DNA of 28,198 bases. Source: a virus. Its lineage: Duplodnaviria > Caudoviricetes. This document shows, one piece after another, positions 9,801 to 17,817 of this stretch. The DNA lies in IMG/VR virus record IMGVR_UViG_3300017777_000785, positions 1 to 28,198 of that record; one strand, 5' to 3'. The position numbers and the translations under genes were made by a program. Below the pieces are notes generated by a model that was not told the origin of the DNA, made no database searches, and saw only the letters and a list, made by a program, of their open reading frames with translations. The stretch's first letter is position 1; every line of letters begins with the position of its first letter.

Positions 9801-12598
9801 ATAAAATTACACCTAATGATATTAGAGACATGGTGCAACACTCTGTACGCTTAGCACTAAGAAACAAGATTAAACCAAGTGAATCTACAATTGCAAAAGA
9901 ATCTAGAGAATCACGAGAAATAGATCCCGAATACCAAGGTACAAGTATCTTTGCTCCACCAAAAGAAAAAGAAGGTGGTAATTTTAAAGAGCATGTAGAA
10001 GATTTTAAAAACTTTAAGTTTGATAAAGATACAAGAGAAGATCTATTCTTAAAAGGCAGAATTAAAGTTGCTTATTCAGGAGCAGGCGTACAAAGTAAAT
10101 TAATGGATGACTTTAATGGCGCAGTAAGTGATGCGTTGAAAGGTGTTCGTGCTGATGTATTAATGAGCCAAGCTTTAAATAGTAATATTCTAGGATCTGA
10201 ATCAGCCAAAACAGGATACGTAGATTTTGATGATCTCAATGTGGCACGTGTTATATCTAACGAAAATAATTTAGCTAACATCAATGAAGAGATTTCTAAA
10301 CTATCAAAACAAATTGGTCCTGAAAATGCTAAGCATGTAACTCAGGCTTACTTATTAGGACTACGTTATCAATATGAATTAGATGAAAATAATAGACTCG
10401 AGACACAAGCTAAAAAAGAAGAATCAGAAGGTAAGAAAGCAACAGCTGCCAAGACAAGAGAAGGTAAAACTAAAATAACAGAAGAGCAGCAAGCAGCAAT
10501 TCCAGAAGCATTAAGCTATGGGGAGAAGTATTCTGAAGTAAAACGCGTTGCGGAAATGTATAAAGTTTTCAATGATAACGATACTAACATGCTAGAAAAA
10601 GCAGGTATCTATTCTAAAGATCAAGCAGAACGCTACAGAAAAACAAGAGGCTACGTACCCCTATTTAGATTAATGGATGAAATGGAAAGATCTAATCCTG
10701 GCGCACGTCAATTTTTTAGAGGCTTTGCAGATGTAGGTCGTGAGTATGCATTTGAAGGTTCTGAAAGACAAGTACTAGATGTATTTGATAATATGTTAAC
10801 GCGTCATATGTGGGCGGTTAATGCTGCTGTTAGAAATAAAGCTAATCAACAAGTTGCTAAACAGCTTGCAGTAAGAAATGAAAACAATAAGGTAGAACTT
10901 CATGAATATATTAATCCTGAAAAAATTGATAGAATGGCTCCGGTCTTTGTCAATGGTCGACGTAAGTTTGTTGAGTATACAGATCCTAATTTTGCTATTG
11001 CTATACATGGGGCTGAGCCCGCGCTAGGTCCTATCTTAGGTATGTTTGGTACAGCAAGTAGAGCACTTCGTATCGGTGTAACTTCATTACCTCCGTTCCA
11101 AGTTTATCAAGTATTTAATGATGCAACTCGTGCAGCTATGTTATCAGGCGTTAAGAGTCCATTTAAACTTATGGCTAGAGTTATTGGAAGCTTCGGCACA
11201 ATTCTCAAAGATCAAACAAATGACCCTATCTCAATTGAAATGAGGCGATTAGGCATTAGTGGTGGCTATGGTCACACAGCGTTAGAAGTCTCTGACAAGA
11301 TGCGCCGTGATCTAAATTTAAAAACAAATACATTAATGAAGCAAGCTTTAGATAAAGCAGAGAAATTTGCAGCTGCATCTGATATGGCACAACGTAGAGC
11401 TATTTATATTCAAACTTTATTAGAATCAGGCGGTACTCAAAACCCTGACGGCTCTATATCAGGTGGCAATAAAGTATTAGCTATGCATCGTGCTATGGAT
11501 ATTATTAACTGGCAAAAGCATGGAACGTCCGGCAAGCTAAGAATTTTAGCTCAAGTCGTTCCGTTTATGAATGCATATATCCAAGGCATGGATGTTTTAA
11601 TTGGTGCTATGCGCGGAAAAGCAATTAGTGGTACAGCGAAGAAAGAAGCTCAAGCTCTATTTTTACAGACAGCTATTAAAATTGCAGCGCTATCCATGCT
11701 GTACTCAATGTTGATTGCGGATGATGAAGAGTATCAAAAATTAGATGATAGAACTAAAGTAAGATCCTTTATTATCCCTGGCGCTGGAGTTAAGATCCCT
11801 GTGTCTGCTGAAGTTGCACTGTTAACAAAAGCAATTCCAGAACTTATGTATCAGTATATTACTCGTGAGGGTACAGCAAGCCCGATGGACGCTACTAAAC
11901 TACGTAATGAACTTGGCGTAGCTCTTCTTGATGGATTGTTAGGTCCTAACTTATTACCACAAATTGCGCGTCCTACATTAGAAGCCATAACTAATTATAA
12001 CTTTTTAACTGGTAGTCCTCTCGTAGGTAGAGGGTTAGAGAATTTAAGAACCTCTGATCAGTTTACAGAGAATACTTCTGAACTTGCTAAACTTATTGGT
12101 AAGTCTGGTATTATTTCACCATTAAAAATAGATCATTTAATGAAGGGGTACGGAGGCACTGCAGTTTCAGGTGTACTTTACGGTACCGATGCAATAGCTA
12201 ATGTGTTCTACGAAGATAAATTACCTACAACTCCATTACATAAAGTTCCAAGTATCGGCTCATTCTTCTATAATCCTAATGGTAAAGATCAACTCAATGA
12301 TTACTATGACCTTAAAGACAGAGTAGCAGAAGTAGTAACTACATATAACCGACTAGTGAAGTTTGGTCATCAAAGTGAAGCATTAGAATACGCACAAGAA
12401 AATAAAGAAATGCTGTCTATCAAAACTCAAGTTAATGCTATTAATACAAACATGACTAAGCTCCGTGATTTCCGTAAAGCTGTAATTAATAGTAATATAA
12501 GTTCAGATGCGAAACGCGACCAGCTAGATAAAATTGATCTTCAGATTAATGCTATGGTTAAAAACATAGGAATGCTAAGGGTTCAAGCAGGACTTTAA
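6878..12598 (+). CDS. Large polyvalent virion/ejection protein: DNA-transfer-like N-terminus, GNAT domain, zincin metallopeptidase, LPD38-like C-terminus
   Basis: 1906 aa. Gly-zipper N-terminus (GAR.GS.AGS.FGPVGTVVGGLAG). GNAT motifs HLDYIGSKIKNQGLASKEL and LKKWYERKGF (~8740-8920). LLHELGAHYGL (9512-9544) plus a downstream AEEVLA. C-terminal VVPFMNAYIQGMD...DDEEYQKLDD...IPVSAE pattern resembling LPD38. Confidence 0.75.
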   Translation: MPSYKIEIPGQGSFNVDSPTELTDDQAYRAVQQQLQIEAQPQTAGIGEALKGGTKRLIESIRTGIEAPFIGGEEAATKGLARQEAITERPAASLDEIKRIYEQKGLLPAAKEAVSQLPASIAEQAPFIGTMIGGARLGSMAGSAFGPVGTVVGGLAGAAISPFLSAAGSNIERQAQEDLKSGKPISIDRTRAYLTAIPQAALDVGAMEIGLGRALGISKMGTEAAEKMATESLKKSIAIGIGKTALAEVPTEVIQQMLERSQAGLSLTTPDAVKEYKDTAYQAVLLSPLGSAARIVERGEAKQKVEALANLGADQQRAYEESIRAEQVAKLKNDVEEMQRQKAIQDAILPPEQYKLLAAPKQEPIVATSTEALGTEKQIEEYLKTVPEDQQVAERARLMGMAPQPIQSIISDTTLQDLGIGKSAIIRKNGILQNLDLTNPEKAQEAVDILTAYKDTTGVNKNTKAKVEEYIANIPNLIEAAKNERLVTAGSRDNLQVSGQPVSGEVSPTAQGELGNGVTDLADVTGRLEGRTEAQPAALAPETTEVMKSAEELAPTTEKKIEDAKGLAKELGGESAQILQAPFDNPGYNYTTKDEVEVTFRPEGKIFELVPGDESTQVGSDVHLDYIGSKIKNQGLASKELDRIIKKADQNNLSLSIEVAKQDEEGLSNAQLKKWYERKGFIFPEGYDSEVGYRPRSDEDISQYQQKTIAVADNKILPIQNQINGDLRNRTFSEPDSFFGHYGNGDLLTGYHAVPSYATKFDDIYYYDGKNKPTKVGNLKTEYDSALRKLIVGRIGAKESRTESATTGSTVADIISALKQEFGNIMSGINRGLINIQSTTEAPKEIRDQIGPTTKALFYKDKVYIFNDRTTPNEAKRDLLHELGAHYGLQGMLGKAKFKEILQLLRQGKISNPEIKAVWERTRKVYPDIAESSDLYAEEVLARLSETAPNNTLVRRVMGYIKQFLTKLGFGWNTDKITPNDIRDMVQHSVRLALRNKIKPSESTIAKESRESREIDPEYQGTSIFAPPKEKEGGNFKEHVEDFKNFKFDKDTREDLFLKGRIKVAYSGAGVQSKLMDDFNGAVSDALKGVRADVLMSQALNSNILGSESAKTGYVDFDDLNVARVISNENNLANINEEISKLSKQIGPENAKHVTQAYLLGLRYQYELDENNRLETQAKKEESEGKKATAAKTREGKTKITEEQQAAIPEALSYGEKYSEVKRVAEMYKVFNDNDTNMLEKAGIYSKDQAERYRKTRGYVPLFRLMDEMERSNPGARQFFRGFADVGREYAFEGSERQVLDVFDNMLTRHMWAVNAAVRNKANQQVAKQLAVRNENNKVELHEYINPEKIDRMAPVFVNGRRKFVEYTDPNFAIAIHGAEPALGPILGMFGTASRALRIGVTSLPPFQVYQVFNDATRAAMLSGVKSPFKLMARVIGSFGTILKDQTNDPISIEMRRLGISGGYGHTALEVSDKMRRDLNLKTNTLMKQALDKAEKFAAASDMAQRRAIYIQTLLESGGTQNPDGSISGGNKVLAMHRAMDIINWQKHGTSGKLRILAQVVPFMNAYIQGMDVLIGAMRGKAISGTAKKEAQALFLQTAIKIAALSMLYSMLIADDEEYQKLDDRTKVRSFIIPGAGVKIPVSAEVALLTKAIPELMYQYITREGTASPMDATKLRNELGVALLDGLLGPNLLPQIARPTLEAITNYNFLTGSPLVGRGLENLRTSDQFTENTSELAKLIGKSGIISPLKIDHLMKGYGGTAVSGVLYGTDAIANVFYEDKLPTTPLHKVPSIGSFFYNPNGKDQLNDYYDLKDRVAEVVTTYNRLVKFGHQSEALEYAQENKEMLSIKTQVNAINTNMTKLRDFRKAVINSNISSDAKRDQLDKIDLQINAMVKNIGMLRVQAGL
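8325..8495 (+). CDS. Putative overprinted small protein (56 aa) in the +1 frame inside the polyvalent protein gene
   Basis: AGAGG(8311-8315)-9 nt-ATG(8325)...TAG(8493-8495). Translation MKDWSPQDLEIIFKYLDNPYQEKFPLQLKESSEMELLTLQTLLEDLKDEQRHSPLH; the host frame is a low-complexity linker here. Confidence 0.55.
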   Translation: MKDWSPQDLEIIFKYLDNPYQEKFPLQLKESSEMELLTLQTLLEDLKDEQRHSPLH

Positions 12599-12795
12599 GC
12601 AATACGCCAAGCTCTAACCCCAAGACATTCGTCTTTTATAGTTACAAACGCTTTTACTTTTACTCCCGCTCGTTTGGCACCCGATTCTAATGCATAGATC
12701 ATAGGTGAAGGCTTTAAGGTGGGGACAAAGAAACTATCCCCTACACTCATTGCATCAAACGGAAATATCCACTCAGGTTCAGTAAGGTGACTCAG
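12595..12795 (-). CDS. Small conserved-looking phage protein (66 aa, FPFxxMxVGDSFFVP...GVRxWR type, putative DNA-binding); missed by the ORF track, probable CTG start
   Basis: Reads (M)SHLTEPEWIFPFDAMSVGDSFFVPTLKPSPMIYALESGAKRAGVKVKAFVTIKDECLGVRAWRIA*. AAGGA at 12803-12807 lies 7 nt before CTG (12793-12795); an in-frame TAG at 12799-12801 bounds the ORF. Confidence 0.7.
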   Translation of the reverse strand: MSHLTEPEWIFPFDAMSVGDSFFVPTLKPSPMIYALESGAKRAGVKVKAFVTIKDECLGVRAWRIA

Positions 12796-15634
12796 AATCT
12801 AATCCTTTTACATCGTTTGGAATTGTATTTAAATCTATCTTATATACACGAGTAGTTGACTTACCTACATCTTTCCATCCTGCTGACATACGTTTAACTG
12901 AGCTCTTACCTGCATCAATATCAATACCTAGAGCCATGATCTGGAATATAAACTCTTTCGTACTAATACTCATCTCATGCAAGTACTTATCAAACTCTGT
13001 TTTAGATATATACATGGTATGAATATCATTCTCAACACGAATAACAAACGATGTGCGAGGTTCCATAACAATCTTATTATCTTTAAATGCAAGGATACCT
13101 GTTTGGTTTCTATTAATGTAGTCTGAAAGTATGGACTCATAGTTAACGCTATTAACTTTAACTACGTTGTCTCTGATGGCTACCATCTCAGCTACAATCT
13201 TGTGATAGATTCTTTCCAAGTCAAACTGAGTAATACCTGCAGCATTAGTTAATTCACCTGCTGTCATTGCAACGGATACTACGTTTTCATAGAATCGATA
13301 CGCAGTATCTTCTCCAAAGTTTTTCTTAAAGCGTAGGCACCATTTGTCGACAGCCTTGCTAATACCTGATTCACCTAACTCGTATACCGCTTTAATAAAT
13401 TCAGGTCCTGCCCATCCATAGTTAAATCTAAATTGATCAAATATATCTCGACCTAATGCAGAGTCATTTCTAAATGCTTCTGGTTTTCTTACAGTAAGTT
13501 CAATCAATCGTGCAACCTCACCGTTAGGATCTTTCTTCAACGTAACTAACTTATCATATAAAGATTGGTTTGATGTAAAGATTGCAACTAATGAAGCTGA
13601 CATCTCGTGATCTCGTTCTGCGTTAACAGAAGCTTGCATTCTAATCTTTGATTTACCTTGTGATATTTTATGGATCAGTTGAGACAATGTTTTAGGTAAG
13701 ATGTTACCTACTTCGTCTAACCCAAATGGAATATTATGTAGACCTAAGTATCGCCCAGTCATACCGTTTTCCGTTGCTTCTAACACAGATAAGTCTTTAG
13801 GATTACCCCATACACTTAGTGCAGCATATAAAGCGCCTGTCTTAGCTGCACCTGATTCACCTGTTAAACATATAGTGACACCTGATGTCGATGTATAGTC
13901 CATCAAAGCCGAGCCAAACCCTGTCAACATTGTAAATGCGTGGAGTTCTAAACTTGGTGTATTAAGTTTGTTTGCTGCTTCCTTCCATGCTTCGTATGTA
14001 CCTGCTGCTGCTAAATGCTTAGCGATACCCCGGCAAAGCGGAGAAGTCGGAGACGATACTTCTTTGCCATCTCGTAAATACTCCGTAGCACCAATTACAA
14101 ACGATTCTCTATTAGGTGTCCAACCCATTTGCATACGCATGATTTCTGCGGGACTTTTGTTCATGAGGTATTGACCCCATTTAATTATGTAACTCATAAG
14201 ATAACCTACTTCCTTGTTTCCTGGATTAAATAACACGCCGTTACTAGCAATGACCTCTTTAAATTTCTCTAGTGCATAAACATGCTTAATGGGCAACAAG
14301 AATTCTCTATCAGGGTCATTGGGTAACATGGCTTTCATAAGTAAGCATTCGCCATCACTGACACTAAAGATGCGTTTGACTGGATAGATGTCATACAAAG
14401 AAACGATAGTAGGTTCTTTAGGAATCGGTACACCATCTCCATCATATTCCATAGGAGGCATGTAATAAATCCCCCCATTCTTTCCATATACAAACGGTTG
14501 AAGTTCTTGCGGAAGTCCGTTCAATCTAGTTAAAGCTTTAGATTCTGAATGGACTTGAATTTGTTGTACAACTGTTTCTTCTACTGGTTCAGCAGGTTGA
14601 AATTCTTTTCCAATATTAATTGGAGTATTAACTTTTGTTTTAAATGCGCATCCTTCGCATCCGCCTGGATTAACTTCTTCCATCGTTTTACAATAATAAG
14701 GTTTTAATCTACCGCCATCAGGTAGAATTGTTTTTCTAATTGTAGCGTCGCGAGTATAACCTGGATGATCCTCTGACATCATATGAATAGCTTCATCACC
14801 ATCACTGCAGTTCACAGCAATAGATAACCCTGCTCTCCATACAGGTTCAGTTAGATTCTTTGAGTTCTCTAAAATAAACTTAATCTGATTACAGCCTTCA
14901 CCATTTAAAGACTTGATAGCTAGATCAGAAAATTTAGTTTCGTAGTTATCAAGTTTAGCGGCTTTTCTTTGTTCTTCTGATAAGTTACCTCTAGGAATAG
15001 ATGCAAGAATATCATCTTGACTTTGTACTATTTCACCTAAGAAGTCTTTAAACTCATCAAACGAATAGATAGGCATCTCTGTACCTATTACTTTAGTGGG
15101 TGTAGGGGGTTCAGTCTTTTGATTGAATGTGTCTGGGCATCGTAGAATCCGAGCCAAGTCTGCAGTGACTACAGGATCGATGTTAAGTCCGTGAGATAAG
15201 CAGAAGTTCTTAAACTTTTCAGCGTAAGGTTTCCATTCATCTGCAGGAATATCTTTATCAAATATCCAGTAAGCATGAACGCCACCACCTGAATCAATAC
15301 GAACTGGCGGAGGTAATTCATTTGCTTCTATAAATGTATCAATTGCATCTAATGCATCTTGCTTAGTATCATATCCTTTACCTACGCCTACATCTAAGTC
15401 TACAAAGAAAGACCTTACAGATTTAGCTTCATCTGCTTTACGGCTATAGCCTTTGAATGAACTCATGGCTACAAAGATATTAGTTTTGGTATCTTTCTTA
15501 GAGGTTACAAACTTTTCTAAGTCGTCAATTGATTCTACAAATTTGTGTTTTGTTGTTTTGTCAATCGGATCTATGGTTGCTACACAGTAAATGCCAGTCG
15601 AGGGTAATGCTTTTTTATAAAATTCTTTAATCAT
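12779..15634 (-). CDS. Primase-helicase fusion (RepB/prim-pol-like N-terminus + DUF927 + P-loop helicase)
   Basis: 951 aa. FFVDLDVG and SGGGVHAYW primase motifs, ARILRCPDTFN, Cys cluster YCKTMEEVNPGGCEGC, MQMGW DUF927-like motif, Walker A-like GESGAAKT and Walker B-like FGLDEVG. Confidence 0.85.
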   Translation of the reverse strand: MIKEFYKKALPSTGIYCVATIDPIDKTTKHKFVESIDDLEKFVTSKKDTKTNIFVAMSSFKGYSRKADEAKSVRSFFVDLDVGVGKGYDTKQDALDAIDTFIEANELPPPVRIDSGGGVHAYWIFDKDIPADEWKPYAEKFKNFCLSHGLNIDPVVTADLARILRCPDTFNQKTEPPTPTKVIGTEMPIYSFDEFKDFLGEIVQSQDDILASIPRGNLSEEQRKAAKLDNYETKFSDLAIKSLNGEGCNQIKFILENSKNLTEPVWRAGLSIAVNCSDGDEAIHMMSEDHPGYTRDATIRKTILPDGGRLKPYYCKTMEEVNPGGCEGCAFKTKVNTPINIGKEFQPAEPVEETVVQQIQVHSESKALTRLNGLPQELQPFVYGKNGGIYYMPPMEYDGDGVPIPKEPTIVSLYDIYPVKRIFSVSDGECLLMKAMLPNDPDREFLLPIKHVYALEKFKEVIASNGVLFNPGNKEVGYLMSYIIKWGQYLMNKSPAEIMRMQMGWTPNRESFVIGATEYLRDGKEVSSPTSPLCRGIAKHLAAAGTYEAWKEAANKLNTPSLELHAFTMLTGFGSALMDYTSTSGVTICLTGESGAAKTGALYAALSVWGNPKDLSVLEATENGMTGRYLGLHNIPFGLDEVGNILPKTLSQLIHKISQGKSKIRMQASVNAERDHEMSASLVAIFTSNQSLYDKLVTLKKDPNGEVARLIELTVRKPEAFRNDSALGRDIFDQFRFNYGWAGPEFIKAVYELGESGISKAVDKWCLRFKKNFGEDTAYRFYENVVSVAMTAGELTNAAGITQFDLERIYHKIVAEMVAIRDNVVKVNSVNYESILSDYINRNQTGILAFKDNKIVMEPRTSFVIRVENDIHTMYISKTEFDKYLHEMSISTKEFIFQIMALGIDIDAGKSSVKRMSAGWKDVGKSTTRVYKIDLNTIPNDVKGLDSESPY

Positions 15635-15733
15635 AATTGCAGTGACTTTCTATTTTTTTAGTCAACAGTTCTCCGACGCACAAATGTACGGTTTTTTTGG
15701 TTTATATCGGAGCAAATCTATTTTACTACGTTT

Positions 15734-16045
15734 TTATATTCTGTCGATAACTTTCGCATCAATAAAGTTTTTAGCTTCGTTTAGTGACATAGCAGGTAAT
15801 CTGCCGTTGTCAAGATCCAGCTTAACTAACTCTATAAATTTAGCTATCTTCTCATAATTCTTTTCTCTAACGTATTGACCTCTGAACCAACTATGTATAG
15901 ACATTCTTGATACATCGAAGGCTTTAGCTACGTAAGAGGTAGGAAGGTTTGCTTTCACACAAACCTTACCTAGTTGAACTCCGATCCTTGTGGGATCAGC
16001 TTTGTTTAAATCTAGTAAGAATCGTTCGCTATAAGGACGTGCCAT
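15734..16045 (-). CDS. HTH (XRE/Cro-like) DNA-binding protein
   Basis: 103 aa with TSYVAKAFDVSRMSIHSWFRG helix-turn-helix signature. Confidence 0.7.
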   Translation of the reverse strand: MARPYSERFLLDLNKADPTRIGVQLGKVCVKANLPTSYVAKAFDVSRMSIHSWFRGQYVREKNYEKIAKFIELVKLDLDNGRLPAMSLNEAKNFIDAKVIDRI

Positions 16046-16054
16046 ATTATCCCC

Positions 16055-16936
16055 TTATGACTTTACAGACCATTTATTGATGATGCTACTAACATCAGCT
16101 TTAGGTGCCTGTGGTTGTGCAACGGTTGATTCTCTTAATACAGGTTCAGCTACATCTGTCACCGGCGCAGTGGGTGTTGCTTGCGTAGTGGCTGGTGCTA
16201 CCGCTGCTTGAGGCGCTTCAATCTTTAATAGATCCTCTTCAGGTTGGTACACGCTTAATTTAATATAATTTTCCGCAGCTGTGCTTTGTCCTACTTCTTC
16301 TATCACTGGTATCACTTCTGGCGATACTGCGCCTGTAGCTTGGAAAAGAATACGTGGATGTTGAACTGCTGTGTCAAATTGCATACGCGTCACTACAACA
16401 TTATTGCTAATACCATTTGAAGCCAAGTATCTAACATAAGGCTGGAACGGACGACGACCTGCTTCTTCTGAGCCCCAACATGATTTACCTGGGATCACTA
16501 ATTGCATAACTTCTTTTGGATCGTTTGGTAAAACAACTGCTGTTCTCCAGTGTAGACGACAGCCTGGGTTTGCACCTTTGATACTATGTGCACATTGATT
16601 ACATGCAGGTGCTTGAGGTTCTTTAACTTCTTTATCAGGCACGCGTGAATCTGATGACCAACATGAAGGGGTTACTTTCTCTCCTTCTTTATATGATGAT
16701 GCATAGAATATTCTGTGTGGGTTATGTGCCATACGGACGAAGATAACATCCATAAAGCGTTCATCAATCGCACCCATTTCTTTACCATTAACATATTTTC
16801 TGAACACTCCGCCTTTGATAGAGATACGTTTACTGTTTGAACCGGCACCGCCAGCGACAGCTAATGTATCTTCGTTAAGACCTTTAGTAACTAATTGCGA
16901 ACTTTGTTGTAACTGACTAATTAAATCTGTACTCAT
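16055..16936 (-). CDS. Putative ssDNA-binding/annealing protein
   Basis: 293 aa in the replication module. RISIKGGVFR N-terminal strand, CWSSD and CNQC Cys motifs, low-complexity P/A/T-rich tail ending in a Trp-containing motif (IINKWS). Function inferred from context. Confidence 0.45.
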   Translation of the reverse strand: MSTDLISQLQQSSQLVTKGLNEDTLAVAGGAGSNSKRISIKGGVFRKYVNGKEMGAIDERFMDVIFVRMAHNPHRIFYASSYKEGEKVTPSCWSSDSRVPDKEVKEPQAPACNQCAHSIKGANPGCRLHWRTAVVLPNDPKEVMQLVIPGKSCWGSEEAGRRPFQPYVRYLASNGISNNVVVTRMQFDTAVQHPRILFQATGAVSPEVIPVIEEVGQSTAAENYIKLSVYQPEEDLLKIEAPQAAVAPATTQATPTAPVTDVAEPVLRESTVAQPQAPKADVSSIINKWSVKS

Positions 16937-16945
16937 AATAACTCC

Positions 16946-17383
16946 TTATCGACTCGTTGGTTTTCTAACTATGATGCTATATTCTCTAACAGAACTAATA
17001 CCTGGTGGTAGTCCTTCTGCTTCCTTGCCTTGCATATACTCTTTAAAGTTACCATTGTGTATACGTTGTTGCAGTAACTCTAATGCGTTGTGTTCTATAA
17101 TATACTGTTTGAACTCATCCCAATTACTACAGTTGTATTGCTCTTTCACTGTCTTAGTAATAGTGCCGTTGTTTGTTCTTAAGCTTTCTACCTTTAGCTC
17201 ATTACATTCATCAAGCATAAAGTGTTCTAGCTGTTTCATTTCTGATTCTAGTTCTTCTTTCTTCAGCATATATTGCCTATATAGACTATCACTTGCATTA
17301 CGTATTGTCAAGTACGCTTTGACTAATTCATCAAGTTTAGGACTTTCTTGTATCGGCTGTTCTACTACTTGTTCTTCGCTCAT
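16946..17383 (-). CDS. Coiled-coil phage protein (Gam/Gp157-like architecture)
   Basis: 145 aa. N-terminal coiled coil, then SLRTNNGTI, NWDEFKQYI, LLQQRI and LPPGI motifs. Confidence 0.45.
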   Translation of the reverse strand: MSEEQVVEQPIQESPKLDELVKAYLTIRNASDSLYRQYMLKKEELESEMKQLEHFMLDECNELKVESLRTNNGTITKTVKEQYNCSNWDEFKQYIIEHNALELLQQRIHNGNFKEYMQGKEAEGLPPGISSVREYSIIVRKPTSR

Positions 17384-17385
17384 AA

Positions 17386-17817
17386 TTACTCCTCTATTTT
17401 TTTACCGTGACTAAATAATAACTGTTTGGGTACTAGGAATGCTTTCTTTGATGCGGTATCCCCAGTGCCTACAAACTCTACGAACTTTAACTTATTTAAA
17501 AATATACAATTTACTATGTCCATGGGCTTCATAATTACAAAATCAATATCATCATGAAAGACCCAGTAGTCTGCAGTCGTTGACATAAGCCCCGATGGTT
17601 TACCAAACATTTCTATTTCAACTACTATGTTCCCTGTGTTATTACTCATCGGGTCATACTTAACTTCTACAGATTCATCTAACTCAGGTACCCAAACATC
17701 GTACCCTTTATACTTATGTATCAATGAGGCTGAAGGATACTTCTTCCTAATCAAGTCTAGAAATTTTAACTCTATCTTAATACCTCGTTGCAAATCTTCT
17801 TGGAATGTGTTAGCTAT
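17386..17817 (-). CDS. PD-(D/E)XK restriction-endonuclease-like protein; probable ATA start at 17817
   Basis: GYDVWVPELDESVEVKYD...TGNIVVE...SGLMSTTADYWVF motif. The frame extends 8 codons upstream of the TTG at 17793 to an ATA placed 8 nt after GAGGAG. Confidence 0.65.
   Translation of the reverse strand: MANTFQEDLQRGIKIELKFLDLIRKKYPSASLIHKYKGYDVWVPELDESVEVKYDPMSNNTGNIVVEIEMFGKPSGLMSTTADYWVFHDDIDFVIMKPMDIVNCIFLNKLKFVEFVGTGDTASKKAFLVPKQLLFSHGKKIEE

Noticed and set aside
13840-13866. Degenerate Walker A (GESGAAKT) as a sign of an inactive helicase
   Set aside because: The catalytic KT and the Walker B DE are retained; a single Gly-to-Ala change is not enough to call inactivity.
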